Source: Acidimicrobiia bacterium | Lineage (GTDB): Bacteria; Actinomycetota; Acidimicrobiia; Acidimicrobiales; Aldehydirespiratoraceae | DNA: 64,000 nucleotides | Direction: 5' to 3' | Assembly: GCA_022828135.1 (NCBI GenBank) | Contig: JAJEJB010000014.1 | Span: 25,079 to 89,078, forward strand | In this document: one piece after another, positions 41,572 through 52,143 of the stretch | How positions within the stretch are numbered: the first letter of the stretch is position 1 | Layout: every line of letters begins with the position of its first letter | The notes under the pieces: generated by a model | Database searches by the model: none | The model's input: only the letters and a program-made list of their open reading frames with translations | What the model was told of the DNA's origin: nothing | Position numbers and translations under genes: made by a program

Positions 41572-44462
41572 GGCCGCGCCGAATCTCCGGATGCCTCGGT
41601 CGCACCCGACGTCTCGGTCGCACCGGTTCGGGCCCTCGGATCCCTCCACGCGCGCACCAGCAACCACACGACCGCCGCCAGTCCCACCAGGGTGACCGCC
41701 ATCGAGAACCACTCCACCGGGCTGCGGCCGTAGGTCAGGCGGACCTCGGTACCGGTCGGCACCACCACCATGAAGTTGGGCGTGACGCGGTAGGGCCCCT
41801 GCGCGCCCGACACCGACCAGTTCGGGAAGTACGAGGTTCGCACCAGGACCGGAGATCCCACGCGGTCCACCGAGAACGAGATCGAATGGTCCCCGCGGAC
41901 GAGGCCGCTGACCCTTGCCGGCTCAATGTTCTCGACCGGAGCGACATCTCCAAGGACGTCCGACAGCCGCCGCATCACCTGCTGGCGGCCCAGGTCAGCA
42001 CCCGACGGGTCATAGCGGCGCTCACCACGAATGTCGGGAAGAGTCATCCGAGGCCAAGCGTCGGGACCGTCGGCCGCGAGCACAGGCCCGTCCCGACCGG
42101 TAGCCAGGAACGCTCCCACCGATGCCTCGAGCCACTCGTCGTCCGAGTCGTCGAGGCCGTCGACCACGACCGGCAGCCTCGACAGCCCGACCGCGGGAGC
42201 ACTGCCGGACACCTCGAACACGACCCACGGGCCCAGCGACGTCGCGCCTACCTCGGTGAGGTCCGCCGCGGCTCGGGCCTGGCTCACCGCGTCCTCGGAG
42301 AACGCCATGTAGTAGCGGACCCCCATGAGCTGCAGGTGCTCGATGCCCGCGGCTACATCGAGGCCCGAATAGGGCAGGTCCCGCTGGGCTCGAGAGGGGG
42401 CGGCCGACAACTCCGACTGCATCAGGAAATGGTACGGGACGGTGGCCGAGGCCTCGAAGTAGAGGCCCTCCATCGACGCGATGCACCGGTCGGTCCAGTA
42501 CGGCAGCAGCATGGGCGCCATCGGCGTGCCGTAGGAGCCGAGCCGGCCGGCCTCGTACTCCCAGAGGGCGGGGCCGCAGCCGTGGCTCTCACCGATCCGG
42601 TCCATGGTCTCGACGAGGTCCCAATACTCCGAGCTGCCCCCGCCGGCGGCCGTCGGCCCCCTGCCTTCGTAGCCCTCGAAGTTGTACTCGACCCAGTACG
42701 GCCCGAGGTTGGACTCGCTGGAACTGAACGGTCCCCAACGGTAGACGCCGTCGTCACCGACGCTGCCGCCCGGCAGCGACCGCAGCGGCAGCCCCACCAG
42801 TACCACTACCGCCACCGAGGCCAGCGCCACCGAGCCGCCCGCGAAGAGAGTGGCGGCCGATGGCCGGACCCGGCCCACCCGACCGGCCGCAGCTGTCTCG
42901 GCATCGGCGACGACCTCGGCGCCCGTGGCGGTCTCGGCAATCTCTGCGCCAGCGGCGGTCTCCTCGCCCTCCCTGCCCTCGGCAACCTCCGCGCCCGCGG
43001 TGGCACGGGCCGCCTGCCGCCGGTCGAGGGCCGAGCGGCCCGTCCGGATCGTCTCGCCGAGGCCGAGGGCCGCGGCCAGGTAGACGGTGAGGTAGTAGAA
43101 GGGCAGGATCCGCACGTTCCACAGGCGCCCCTCGGGCAGGATCAGGAAGCCGACGGCCACGATCGCCCCGGTCAGCGCCAGGGCCATGCCGAGCCGCTCC
43201 CGCCGGTAGAACAGCAGCACCGCGCCGGCCGCCGCCAGCACCACGAACAGCTGCAGCGGCGGGTCGTTCTCCAAGAAGCTGTAGTCAAAGGAACTGCGCG
43301 ACCAGAGCGAGGACAGGTAGCGGCGCTCCTTGCCCCAACCCATGTCGTTCAGCAGGCCCCGGTTCCACCAGAACGGCAGCACCCACCATGCGCTGAGCGC
43401 CGCGGCCACGGCGCCGCTGGAGACGGTCCACACCAGCCGGCGTCGCCATTCGGCGGCCCTCCACGGCAGGACGAGCAGCAGGGCGGCCGCGGCGGCCAGC
43501 GCGAAGAACGCAGAGAACAGGTGCATCAGCCCGGTGAGGGCCAGCAGCGCGCCGGCCAGGATCCTGTGCCGGTCGGTCTGCATGCCCCGGACGGCGACTC
43601 CGATGTAGAGGACCGCGCTGGCCAAGCCCAGCGAGTAGGCGAACTCGCCCGCCATGGTGGACATCAGGTTCCCGCCGTAGATGTTGAACGAGCGGTCGAA
43701 GAGGAACAGCAGGGTGGCCACGGAGGCCAGCGCCTGACCCTCGGCGCTGATCCCGCCCAGGCGGGTCATCGCCCACACCGCCACGGGCAGCGCGACGACC
43801 CCCGCGATCGTCACCAGCTTCAGTGACACGCCGTACGGCATGGGGACGACAACGAGCGCCAGAACGGCCGCGGCCACCGACGCTCCCGCCCTCCAGCGGG
43901 GTCTGCGACGCAGGCCGTTCCAGGCGCACCAGGCCGCGGCGGCGGGCAGCAGCAGCGCGGCCAGGGCGCGATCGGCCGTCGGGGCGTCGACGAACAGCTT
44001 GGCCGCACCGGCTACCGCGGCGACGGCCAATGCGATCGTCCAGCACTGACTGGCGGGCCGTCCCGCCCGCCGGGCCACCACCAGGGCGGCCGCACCGGCC
44101 GCGAGAGCCACCGCGAAGTGGGCGAACACAGCCTCGTGAAGCCCGAGGCCCGCGTCGACGGCCACCACGAGCAACGAGGGGACCACCATGTAGAACGTGA
44201 AGGCGGGGAAGCCCGCGTACCAGTCGTGGGTCCACCCGGTGAGCCTCAGCTCGCCGATCAGGACGTCGCGCAGGTATGCGGGAGCCCAGACATGGGCTCC
44301 GAGATCGCCTCCGGTGGGTGTGGTGTCCGTGAACCAGAGCCACGGCCTCAGGTTGGCCACCAGGAACGCGGTCACCAGCGCCACCACCGCGCCGACGAGC
44401 ACCGACGTGAGCCTGGAAGTGGTTCGCCTGCTGGGTTGCAAGACGCCGTCCGGCAGCTTCAC
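41568..44462 (-). CDS. large polytopic membrane protein (COG5617-like / GT-C-like), function unknown
   Basis: 964 aa. N-terminal TGGDLGAHVWAPAYL...GWTHDWYAGFP followed by many hydrophobic segments. Low-complexity GAE(V/I)AE insert and a large C-terminal soluble domain. Confidence 0.75.
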   Translation of the reverse strand: MKLPDGVLQPSRRTTSRLTSVLVGAVVALVTAFLVANLRPWLWFTDTTPTGGDLGAHVWAPAYLRDVLIGELRLTGWTHDWYAGFPAFTFYMVVPSLLVVAVDAGLGLHEAVFAHFAVALAAGAAALVVARRAGRPASQCWTIALAVAAVAGAAKLFVDAPTADRALAALLLPAAAAWCAWNGLRRRPRWRAGASVAAAVLALVVVPMPYGVSLKLVTIAGVVALPVAVWAMTRLGGISAEGQALASVATLLFLFDRSFNIYGGNLMSTMAGEFAYSLGLASAVLYIGVAVRGMQTDRHRILAGALLALTGLMHLFSAFFALAAAAALLLVLPWRAAEWRRRLVWTVSSGAVAAALSAWWVLPFWWNRGLLNDMGWGKERRYLSSLWSRSSFDYSFLENDPPLQLFVVLAAAGAVLLFYRRERLGMALALTGAIVAVGFLILPEGRLWNVRILPFYYLTVYLAAALGLGETIRTGRSALDRRQAARATAGAEVAEGREGEETAAGAEIAETATGAEVVADAETAAAGRVGRVRPSAATLFAGGSVALASVAVVVLVGLPLRSLPGGSVGDDGVYRWGPFSSSESNLGPYWVEYNFEGYEGRGPTAAGGGSSEYWDLVETMDRIGESHGCGPALWEYEAGRLGSYGTPMAPMLLPYWTDRCIASMEGLYFEASATVPYHFLMQSELSAAPSRAQRDLPYSGLDVAAGIEHLQLMGVRYYMAFSEDAVSQARAAADLTEVGATSLGPWVVFEVSGSAPAVGLSRLPVVVDGLDDSDDEWLEASVGAFLATGRDGPVLAADGPDAWPRMTLPDIRGERRYDPSGADLGRQQVMRRLSDVLGDVAPVENIEPARVSGLVRGDHSISFSVDRVGSPVLVRTSYFPNWSVSGAQGPYRVTPNFMVVVPTGTEVRLTYGRSPVEWFSMAVTLVGLAAVVWLLVRAWRDPRARTGATETSGATEASGDSARP

Positions 44463-45178
44463 GACAGCAGAACCACCACGGTGGCGGCGTTGAAGGCAAC
44501 GTGCGACCAGAGGGCCGCGCCCAGACGTCCGGTGGCCAGCACCAGCAGAGCGTGCACCACTCCGATCACGAGCAGCGCCGGGAACTGCACCACCTGGAAG
44601 TGAACCACCGCGAACGCCAGCGAGGAGATCACCACCGCACGAACCGGGCCGAACCGATCGCGCAGCGCTCCCTGCAGCAGGCCCCGGAAGAACACCTCCT
44701 CCGTGAGCGGAGCCGCGACCACGGTCATGAACACCAGCGCGGCGACCTCCGGAGCCGCCTCGGCCATCTCGGTCAGCTCCCGGGCCGGACCCTCCACGTC
44801 GAGGTCCTCGAAGACTTCAAGGATCGGGAGATAGAGCAGCGGGAGCAGCACGAACTGCAGCAGCATTCCGGCGGCGATGCCTACGGGCACATCGACGGGC
44901 CGCATTCGCCACCCCATCTGCTCCCTCCACCGCAGACCGCGCGTCCGGGCCAGCAGCGGCGTACCCAGCAGACCGATCCACAGCGGAACCTGCAGCAGGA
45001 GCAGCGGGCCCAGCGTCAACTCCGAGGACGCGTCCTCGCCACCAAGGTCCAACCCGAACAGGGCCACAACCACCACCACGGCAGCCAGGCTCCCCAAGAA
45101 CCCCGCCGTCCATCCGACCACCGCCCACTTCAACCGGGTCGTGGCCGGCATCATCGTCGGCATGTGGCCCTCCGACAT
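44459..45178 (-). CDS. CPBP-family (CAAX/Abi) intramembrane glutamic protease
   Basis: 239 aa. EEVFFRGLLQGAL and FAVVH motifs. GTGA overlap with the downstream gene. Confidence 0.8.
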   Translation of the reverse strand: MSEGHMPTMMPATTRLKWAVVGWTAGFLGSLAAVVVVVALFGLDLGGEDASSELTLGPLLLLQVPLWIGLLGTPLLARTRGLRWREQMGWRMRPVDVPVGIAAGMLLQFVLLPLLYLPILEVFEDLDVEGPARELTEMAEAAPEVAALVFMTVVAAPLTEEVFFRGLLQGALRDRFGPVRAVVISSLAFAVVHFQVVQFPALLVIGVVHALLVLATGRLGAALWSHVAFNAATVVVLLS

Positions 45179-45184
45179 CGGTCG

Positions 45185-46843
45185 TCAGTTGTCAACGGGA
45201 CAGAAGTCCGCGTTGTGCCTGGACCTCGACAACCGGTTCAGTTCCTCGAGCACCCGCTGGCCCGAATGCCAGCAATCGGTGCAGTTGCGCTCGGTGTAGG
45301 CCGATATGAGTTCGCACCGTATGTCCTGACCCCGCTCCGACCGGTCGAAGTCGACGCTGGCGGTGGAGATGAGGTTGACGGCGCTGCCGTCGGATCCCGT
45401 ACGTCTCCAGATCGAGAACTTGTCGTTGGCAATGAATGCGTTCATCGACATGACGAACACCAATGCTGTCACCCCGGCAACCAGCCACGCTCTTCGGGCC
45501 CGCCGGCCTTCGGCCCCTCCACCGATGTACGACAGCGCGACGACAGCGAGGCCATAGAAGATGAGCGCCCAGGCAGTCTGCACCAGCAGCGAATCACGCC
45601 ACTGGTCCAGTCCGAAGCCGCGGTCCTGCCATCCCTGCAATCCCTCCGAGAGGCTGACCATCAGAGCCGTAACCAGAGCCAGGAGACCCCCGAATCCACA
45701 CAGCGCCGCTCCGAACCTGCGCAGGTCCCCGGCGGGAAGGCGATCAGCGGACTCGGGCCCACGCGACATTCGGATCGCAGCCGTGACGGCGAAGTACCCC
45801 AGCGACACGACAACAAGGATCAGCCAGACATTGGTCACGAAGTCGGCCGGATCGCGCGCCGGGGACAGACTGTCGTAGTCGCCGGCCAGCGTCGACGACA
45901 GAGTCTGGAATTGCAGCCCGGCCACCGCCCGACCGAGCCATTGCTCGACCGACAGAGTCGACAGGACCGCAGAGGAGCCCTCGTAGCATTCGCCCCGGGA
46001 GCACTCCGCCGCGATCGCCAGCCGGCTGGGCACGAACACCACCAGGAACCCGGCCGACAATCCTATGAAGCGGGAGAAGGCCGAGCTCCGGACCAATTCT
46101 CGCCAAGGTTGGCGCGACAGCCACCCGCGAGCCGCGATGGTGAGCAGGCACACGACGGGAACGAGGTAGAGAAGCTCCGACGTCATGGCACTGACCATTC
46201 CCAGTACCGCGCACAAGGTGGCGGGTCGGATCCCGATGCCCCGCCGGGTCATGGCTGTGCCAGAACAGACATACAGCGGCACCAACAACAGATAGATCGC
46301 AACCGACACGAAGAAGAACGGGAAGAACGACACAGGGTGCAATGCGCCCGAGACGACGAATGTCGACGCCACAACCAACGGAAAGCCGGCCAGTACGGGG
46401 GGCAGAGGTGCAGACGAGTCGAGCAGCCGGCGTCTCACCGTCGCCGCGCCCCGCATGGACGCGGATCTCGCCGAGTCGTACAGCGCGACGACGAGACACA
46501 TGGCAGCCACCGCCAGCGCCGACACCATGATGAGGCGGACAACTCCTTGGATCACATGAGGCGCGACCCCGGTTCCCGCCGCGATCTCGAAGACGGAGGT
46601 CTGCTCCATGTATATGACGAACCGGCCCAGGGGACGGAAGTTCCCCTGCCTGAGAAAGTCACCTAGCTCAGCAAGGTTCTGGTTCACGATCGCGAACGGA
46701 TCCGCTCCGAACGCGCCCGTCAGCCAATACATCATGATGCGCTGATCGCTGTGGAACGTCAGCCCCAACAACGGGGCCATGACCAGTGCCGACGGTCCGG
46801 CGACATGCACGAGGCGCTTGTTCAGAATGCTCTGCCGCCGCAT
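45185..46843 (-). CDS. uncharacterised polytopic membrane protein (paralog P1)
   Basis: Track ORF 45185..46960. Start proposed at ATG 46843 to avoid overlap with the divergent paralog. About 12 hydrophobic segments. Motifs GNFRPLGRF, CSRGECY, WRDSLLVQTAW and CELISAYT. Confidence 0.6.
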   Translation of the reverse strand: MRRQSILNKRLVHVAGPSALVMAPLLGLTFHSDQRIMMYWLTGAFGADPFAIVNQNLAELGDFLRQGNFRPLGRFVIYMEQTSVFEIAAGTGVAPHVIQGVVRLIMVSALAVAAMCLVVALYDSARSASMRGAATVRRRLLDSSAPLPPVLAGFPLVVASTFVVSGALHPVSFFPFFFVSVAIYLLLVPLYVCSGTAMTRRGIGIRPATLCAVLGMVSAMTSELLYLVPVVCLLTIAARGWLSRQPWRELVRSSAFSRFIGLSAGFLVVFVPSRLAIAAECSRGECYEGSSAVLSTLSVEQWLGRAVAGLQFQTLSSTLAGDYDSLSPARDPADFVTNVWLILVVVSLGYFAVTAAIRMSRGPESADRLPAGDLRRFGAALCGFGGLLALVTALMVSLSEGLQGWQDRGFGLDQWRDSLLVQTAWALIFYGLAVVALSYIGGGAEGRRARRAWLVAGVTALVFVMSMNAFIANDKFSIWRRTGSDGSAVNLISTASVDFDRSERGQDIRCELISAYTERNCTDCWHSGQRVLEELNRLSRSRHNADFCPVDN

Positions 46844-46889
46844 CGTCGCCGAGACTACATCCGGGCCGCGCGCGACTAGCCTGCACACC

Positions 46890-48612
46890 GTGGCCGACAG
46901 CCCGCCGCCGCGATCCCGGTGGCTCTGGTCCGCGGCCGCCCTGCCCGCGCTGATCGTCACAGCCCCGCTGCTGGGCTTCTCCCTTCAGGGAGACGAACGC
47001 CAGCGAGCCTATGAGGCGGCCCGATTGTACGGATCCAACCCCCTCGAGGCGGCTCGCGGGGTCTACGGAGACATCGGTGTCTTCCTCGATCACGGCAACT
47101 TCCGGCCGATCGGCCGGTTCACCGAAGCGATCGAGCGGTCCTTCACCGTTGAGGCGGCCGAGGCGACCGGCCTAACACTCAGTGCCGTGCAGGGCGTGCT
47201 GCGGGCGCTGGCCGTCGCGGTGCTGGCCGTGGTGGCGATGCGGGTCGCGGCCGCGCTCGCGCCCCCCTCCGCCTCGTCGGCAACCGCCCGCCTCCATCCG
47301 GCCACGGCCCTATTCCCGCTGATATTCGCGGCTGCCCTCGTCGCCGCAGGACCGGCCGGGTCGCTGACGAAGTACTCGTTCCGGATCATCGGCTGGGTGA
47401 TCCTCATCCTGCTGCTGGCCCTGGCCGTGGCCCGCCACCGCGACCTTCGGGCCCGACCGGTGTCTTGGCGCGAACTGGCGTTGATGGCAGCGCTGGGCCT
47501 CGCGGCGCCGTTGACCTACGACCTCGTCTATGTGGCGCCACCACTGGTGGCCGTGTTCATGCTGGCCCGCAACGCAGCCATCGGCCACCCGCTCAAGAAT
47601 GTGCTGCGCACCGCAGCGTTGCGCCGCTGGGCTGCGTTCAGCGCCGGATTCCTCGCCGCGTTCGTTCCCGTTCGGCTGATCATCGCCGACCGGTGCAGCC
47701 AGAACGACTGCTACGCCGCTTCGGAGATCGACGTGTCCGGCGAGATGGTCCAGATGGCGGCCGAGAGGGCGCTGAGCGGCGCACCTCCGGCCGGGTGGCA
47801 CCCACGTGTCGGAACTGGTGCGCTACGCCGACCTTCGCACGCCGCCGTGGCCGCCCGTACCGCCCGGCGTGGATCCGGGCACCGTCCGCGCCGAGGAGGT
47901 GACCTACGGTCTGTCGGACTTCGCGGCCAATTCGATGATCGCGGTGCTGCTGGCGGCGACAATCCTTGTGACGGTCCGGAGCGCGAGGACGGCCGCACGG
48001 CTGGCCGATACGGAGCCGGGGTCCAGCGGCTCTTTGAGGCCTGCTGCAAGCCTCGGCGCGTTCGGGGCCGCGACGGCCCTGCTGGGAGCGCTGCTCGTGA
48101 GCCCGTCCGTCTGGCTTCATTGGTGGGAGCCGCAGATCGGGCAGGCATGGCGCGAGTCGGTGCTGGTCCAGACAGGCTGGTCGTTCATGATCGCGGCGGT
48201 CGTCGCCGCGGTCGGCGCGTCAGCCTCCCGCGTCCGCCGGTCGGACGGAGCGGCCGCGGGTCATTCCTCGGGGCGGTCCGGTAGCCGGATTCGACGGGTG
48301 GCGTGGAGGACAGCTGCAGCGATCGTGGGGGTCGGTGTGGCTCTCACCCTGTTGGCCAACGCCCGGATAGCCCACATCGACCGCGCCACTCCGGTGTCGA
48401 CGCTCGTCGACGAGATCTCCGCGGCCGCCTTGAGCATTGACCCGACCGAGCGGGGCAACGCTCACCGCTGCAGCCTGATCGACGCGTACACACAGATATT
48501 CCCGGACCCGCGGTGGTGGCAGGGAGGCCCGAACCACCGAGCGGCCCTCGACGAGTTCATGCTCGACCGTCACGGCTGGCCGTTCTGCGACCCGACACTC
48601 CTTTCCCGATAG
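46890..48612 (+). pseudogene. divergent paralog (P2) of the 45185..46843 membrane protein, split by a +1 frame change near 47776-47830
   Basis: Frame A (46890 to about 47805) and frame B (47806..48612) together align with full-length P1. Shared motifs are GNFRPIGRF, CSQNDCY, WRESVLVQTGW and CSLIDAYT. Frame A turns Arg/Gly-rich junk after about 47810. Confidence 0.5.
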
Positions 48613-48659
48613 CAGGTCGCACAGCCGGATCGGACGACCCCGCGACTAGTCTGAACCTC

Positions 48660-50672
48660 GTGGCAGACAGTACGCCTCCGCCGCCTCCGCCCCCTTCGCC
48701 GCCCCCGCACGACGGCAAGCGGTCCCGGCCGCCGTTGAAGCCCTCCCCGGAGTCGCAACGTCGCTCGCGCCTGGTGGTTTGGCTGATGATCGGCGCCGTC
48801 GTCGCCGTCTTCATGGCCACCACCATGCTTCCTGACGACTCCGGCGACGGGATCTCCTATCCGGACTTCCTGGATCGGGTCACCGAAGGCAGCATCGTCC
48901 AGGGCACCTACAACAACAACAGCGGGAGCATCAAGGCGACGGCCGTCGACGGCACCGAGTACTCATCCAACGGACCGCTGCCGCTGCCCGATGCCGACAC
49001 TGCGCTGATAAACGAGCATGTTCCGGAGTTCCGCTACGAGACTCCCCAGACCAACTTCTTCCTGTCGATAATCCCGCTGCTGCTGCCCATCGGCCTGCTC
49101 ATCCTGTTCTTCTGGTGGATGCAGCGCCGGGCCCAGGGACAGATGGGCAGCATCATGTCGATAGGGCGGAGCCGAGCCAAGACCTACACCACCGAGCGGC
49201 CCGGCACGACCTTCGACGATGTGGCCGGTTACGAGGGCGTGAAGCAGGAGATCACGGAGATCGTCGACTTCCTCAAGACGCCGGAGCGCTTCGCGGAGAT
49301 TGGCGCCAGGGTGCCCAAGGGCGTACTGCTGGTGGGTCCGCCGGGCACGGGGAAGACCCTGATCGCCAAGGCAGTGGCGGGCGAGGCCGGTGTTCCGTTC
49401 CTCTCGGTGACGGGATCGGACTTCATGGAGATGTTCGTGGGGGTGGGGGCCAGCCGGGTCCGCGACCTGTTCCAGTCGGCCCGGAAGATGGGCAAAGCGA
49501 TCATCTTCATCGACGAGGTCGACTCGATCGGCCGCAAGCGCGGCGCGGGCCTGGGCGGAGGCCACGACGAGCGCGAGCAGACCCTCAACCAGATGCTCTC
49601 GGAGATGGACGGTTTCGAGGGCTCCGAGGGAATCGTGATGATGGCCGCGACCAACCGGCCGGACATCCTCGACCCCGCGCTGCTGCGTCCCGGACGCTTC
49701 GACCGCCAGGTCGTCGTGCCGCTGCCGGAGCTGTCGGACCGGGCCGCGATCCTCGAAGTCCACATCAAGGGCAAGCGCACCGCCGAGGACCTCGACCTGA
49801 ACGTGGTGGCCCGCGGCACGCCGGGGATGAGCGGCGCCGATCTGGCCAACCTGATCAACGAGGCGGCTCTGTACGCAGTGCGCGAGGGCGACGAGGAGAT
49901 CGCGGCCCGGCATGTGGAGCTGGCCCGCGACCGGGTGATTATGGGCCAGAAGCGCGAGTCGCTGGCCCTCACCGACGACGAGAAGGAGGCCATCGCCTAT
50001 CACGAGGCGGGCCACGCGGTGTGCGCGGCCGTGCTCCCGACGGCCGATCCGCTCCACAAGGTGACGATCATCCCCAGCGGAATGGCGCTGGGAGTCACCA
50101 TGCAGCTGCCGGAGGAGGATCGCCACATCTACCGCGCCGACTACATCCTGGACCGTCTCGTCGTGATGTTCGGCGGCCGCATCGCAGAGGAGCTCGTGTT
50201 CGGCATCAGCAGCACCGGCGCGGCCGACGACCTGATGCGGGCCACTGCGCTGGCCCGGTCCATGGTCCGGGAATGGGGCATGTCCAGAGAGATCGGCCCA
50301 ATGGCCTGGGGATCGCAGAACCAGGTGTTCCTGGGCGAGGATCTGGTGCAGACCCGCGACTACAGCGACGAGACCGCCCGGGTGATCGACGAGGAGATCG
50401 AGCGCATCCTGCGGGAACAGCAGGACCGGTGCCTCCAGACCCTCACCGAGTACCGCCACGGACTCGACTTGGTGGCCCGGGCCCTGCTCGAGCATGAGAC
50501 CATCAGCGGTGAAGAAGTAGAGCGCCTCATCGCTGTGTCTCGCGGCGTCTCTCCGTCGGGTGACGCCACCGAGAGCGCACCGAGCACCGACACGAAGCCC
50601 GACACCGATCCGCCACCGGCGGCCGGCAACGGCTCGGGCGCGCAGGCTGACGTGCCCACACCCGCAGCCTGA
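48660..50672 (+). CDS. ftsH: ATP-dependent zinc metalloprotease FtsH
   Basis: Track ORF 48513..50672. Start probably GTG 48660. GPPGTGKT Walker A, IIFIDEVD Walker B, HEAGH zinc site. Poly-Pro N-terminal tail. Confidence 0.93.
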   Translation: MADSTPPPPPPPSPPPHDGKRSRPPLKPSPESQRRSRLVVWLMIGAVVAVFMATTMLPDDSGDGISYPDFLDRVTEGSIVQGTYNNNSGSIKATAVDGTEYSSNGPLPLPDADTALINEHVPEFRYETPQTNFFLSIIPLLLPIGLLILFFWWMQRRAQGQMGSIMSIGRSRAKTYTTERPGTTFDDVAGYEGVKQEITEIVDFLKTPERFAEIGARVPKGVLLVGPPGTGKTLIAKAVAGEAGVPFLSVTGSDFMEMFVGVGASRVRDLFQSARKMGKAIIFIDEVDSIGRKRGAGLGGGHDEREQTLNQMLSEMDGFEGSEGIVMMAATNRPDILDPALLRPGRFDRQVVVPLPELSDRAAILEVHIKGKRTAEDLDLNVVARGTPGMSGADLANLINEAALYAVREGDEEIAARHVELARDRVIMGQKRESLALTDDEKEAIAYHEAGHAVCAAVLPTADPLHKVTIIPSGMALGVTMQLPEEDRHIYRADYILDRLVVMFGGRIAEELVFGISSTGAADDLMRATALARSMVREWGMSREIGPMAWGSQNQVFLGEDLVQTRDYSDETARVIDEEIERILREQQDRCLQTLTEYRHGLDLVARALLEHETISGEEVERLIAVSRGVSPSGDATESAPSTDTKPDTDPPPAAGNGSGAQADVPTPAA

Positions 50673-50673
50673 G

Positions 50674-52143
50674 TCAGCCGATCCCGGCGATCGGTGCCGG
50701 TTGGTCCACGGCCACTCCCAGCGACGCCGACCGGGAGGTGAGCCCGACGACCTCGCGGCCGACGACCACCGGCGCCGACGCATCGACCTCAACCACGAAA
50801 TTGCCCGAGCCCAGCTCGGACAGGGGCAGCCTCCGGCTCCGGAGAGGCCCGATCTCCACGGAGCGGACCAGGCTGCCGTCGACGCTGACGTCGGCCTGTG
50901 CGATTCCCGCAGCCGACGGGTTGACGATCACCAGCGACCCCGTGTCGGTGCCCGGCACGGCGGCACCGTCCTGATCGCGCACCTCCGCGGGCACCAGCCA
51001 GCGATGAGCAGCACCGTCGGCGCCGATCGTCGCCGTTGATCCGGCCACGACGGCGGCCCCGCCGGTGTCGGCCGGCGTTGAGGTGACACTGGTGATCGAC
51101 GCCGCCACCGGCACCGGCGTCAGGGAGCGAACGGCGAGGCTGAAGTGGCCGATGCCGTCCAGCCGAGCCTGCCGCGACAGGTCGATGAGAGCGGTCCGGC
51201 CGGGCCGGACCGTGATCTCGATGGGACCCACGTCGAGTTGCGGGTCCTCGGGAAGGATCTCGACGTCGACCTCGGCGGTGTCGGTGGCCGACGGGTTGGA
51301 CACGGCGACGACATCCCGGCGGTCAGCCCCCACTGCGGCAACCGGTAGGTGCCAGAGATCCGCGGCACCGGGAACCGCCGGCGCGGTCCGGATGCCGCGG
51401 CCGGCGATGAGGCCGTCCGCGATCTGTATCCACGACGCCGCCACCCGGCCGGACACGACATCGATGAAGGCTGCGACGGTGGACGCCACCGTCACTTCGG
51501 ATGTGATGTCCACCGCCACTACCCGCTGGGCGGGCACGACAAGTCCGTCAATGGAGTCGCGGCCCACATCGGCGACCAGTTCGATGTCGACCACCGCGAC
51601 GTCTGGGAACGGGTTGAGCAGCATCACGACGAAGCGCTCCTTCTCCACCGCCGAACGGGTCGCGCCGTTGGAGACGATCCAGCTCTCGGCCGTTCGGGTG
51701 AGGCACGGTGAGCGGCCCACTCCCTCGGCGGCCGTGACGATCTGCTCCACGACGACATCGGCACCCGTCGTCTCGACCGTCACCCCCACCCATTCGGCGT
51801 CCGGCACTGCCTCGGACGGCTGGAGAAGTACCCGGCCGCGGGGCTCAATGCTCATCTCGAGGGTCGACAGCTCCTGCGGCGCGGACCCACCTGGGAGCGC
51901 GGACACCGTGACGGTTCGCGGCTCATCGGATCTGTTCACCATCTGGACCGTCAGTTCCGCTATTCCCGCAGGACGGCTGCCGCCCGGACAGAACCAGGTG
52001 TTGACGACGCCCGTCGGCGCCACGAGGGCCGATTGGTACTGATCGGCCCGGTCCGGCACGGCGCGATCCGGGATGTCGACCAGCACGCCGGCCAGCAACA
52101 GGCCGCCTATCGCGATGATGGCCAGCACTCGCATCGAGCGCAT
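50674..52143 (-). CDS. DUF5719-like secreted/anchored protein
   Basis: Start ATG 52143 (MRSMRVLAIIAIGGLLLAG signal/anchor). WFCPGG motif and repeated beta-rich modules. ATGA overlap with the upstream GT gene. Confidence 0.6.
   Translation of the reverse strand: MRSMRVLAIIAIGGLLLAGVLVDIPDRAVPDRADQYQSALVAPTGVVNTWFCPGGSRPAGIAELTVQMVNRSDEPRTVTVSALPGGSAPQELSTLEMSIEPRGRVLLQPSEAVPDAEWVGVTVETTGADVVVEQIVTAAEGVGRSPCLTRTAESWIVSNGATRSAVEKERFVVMLLNPFPDVAVVDIELVADVGRDSIDGLVVPAQRVVAVDITSEVTVASTVAAFIDVVSGRVAASWIQIADGLIAGRGIRTAPAVPGAADLWHLPVAAVGADRRDVVAVSNPSATDTAEVDVEILPEDPQLDVGPIEITVRPGRTALIDLSRQARLDGIGHFSLAVRSLTPVPVAASITSVTSTPADTGGAAVVAGSTATIGADGAAHRWLVPAEVRDQDGAAVPGTDTGSLVIVNPSAAGIAQADVSVDGSLVRSVEIGPLRSRRLPLSELGSGNFVVEVDASAPVVVGREVVGLTSRSASLGVAVDQPAPIAGIG

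Noticed and set aside
41886-43826. 646-aa plus-strand ORF
   Set aside because: It lies antisense to the 964-aa membrane protein gene. Its composition is junk-like.
44501-46666. 721-aa plus-strand ORF
   Set aside because: It lies antisense to the CPBP and P1 membrane-protein genes. Its Arg/Gln/His-rich low-complexity sequence marks it as a shadow ORF.
48963-50792. 609-aa minus-strand ORF
   Set aside because: It lies antisense to ftsH, whose Walker A/B and HEAGH motifs are unambiguous on the plus strand.
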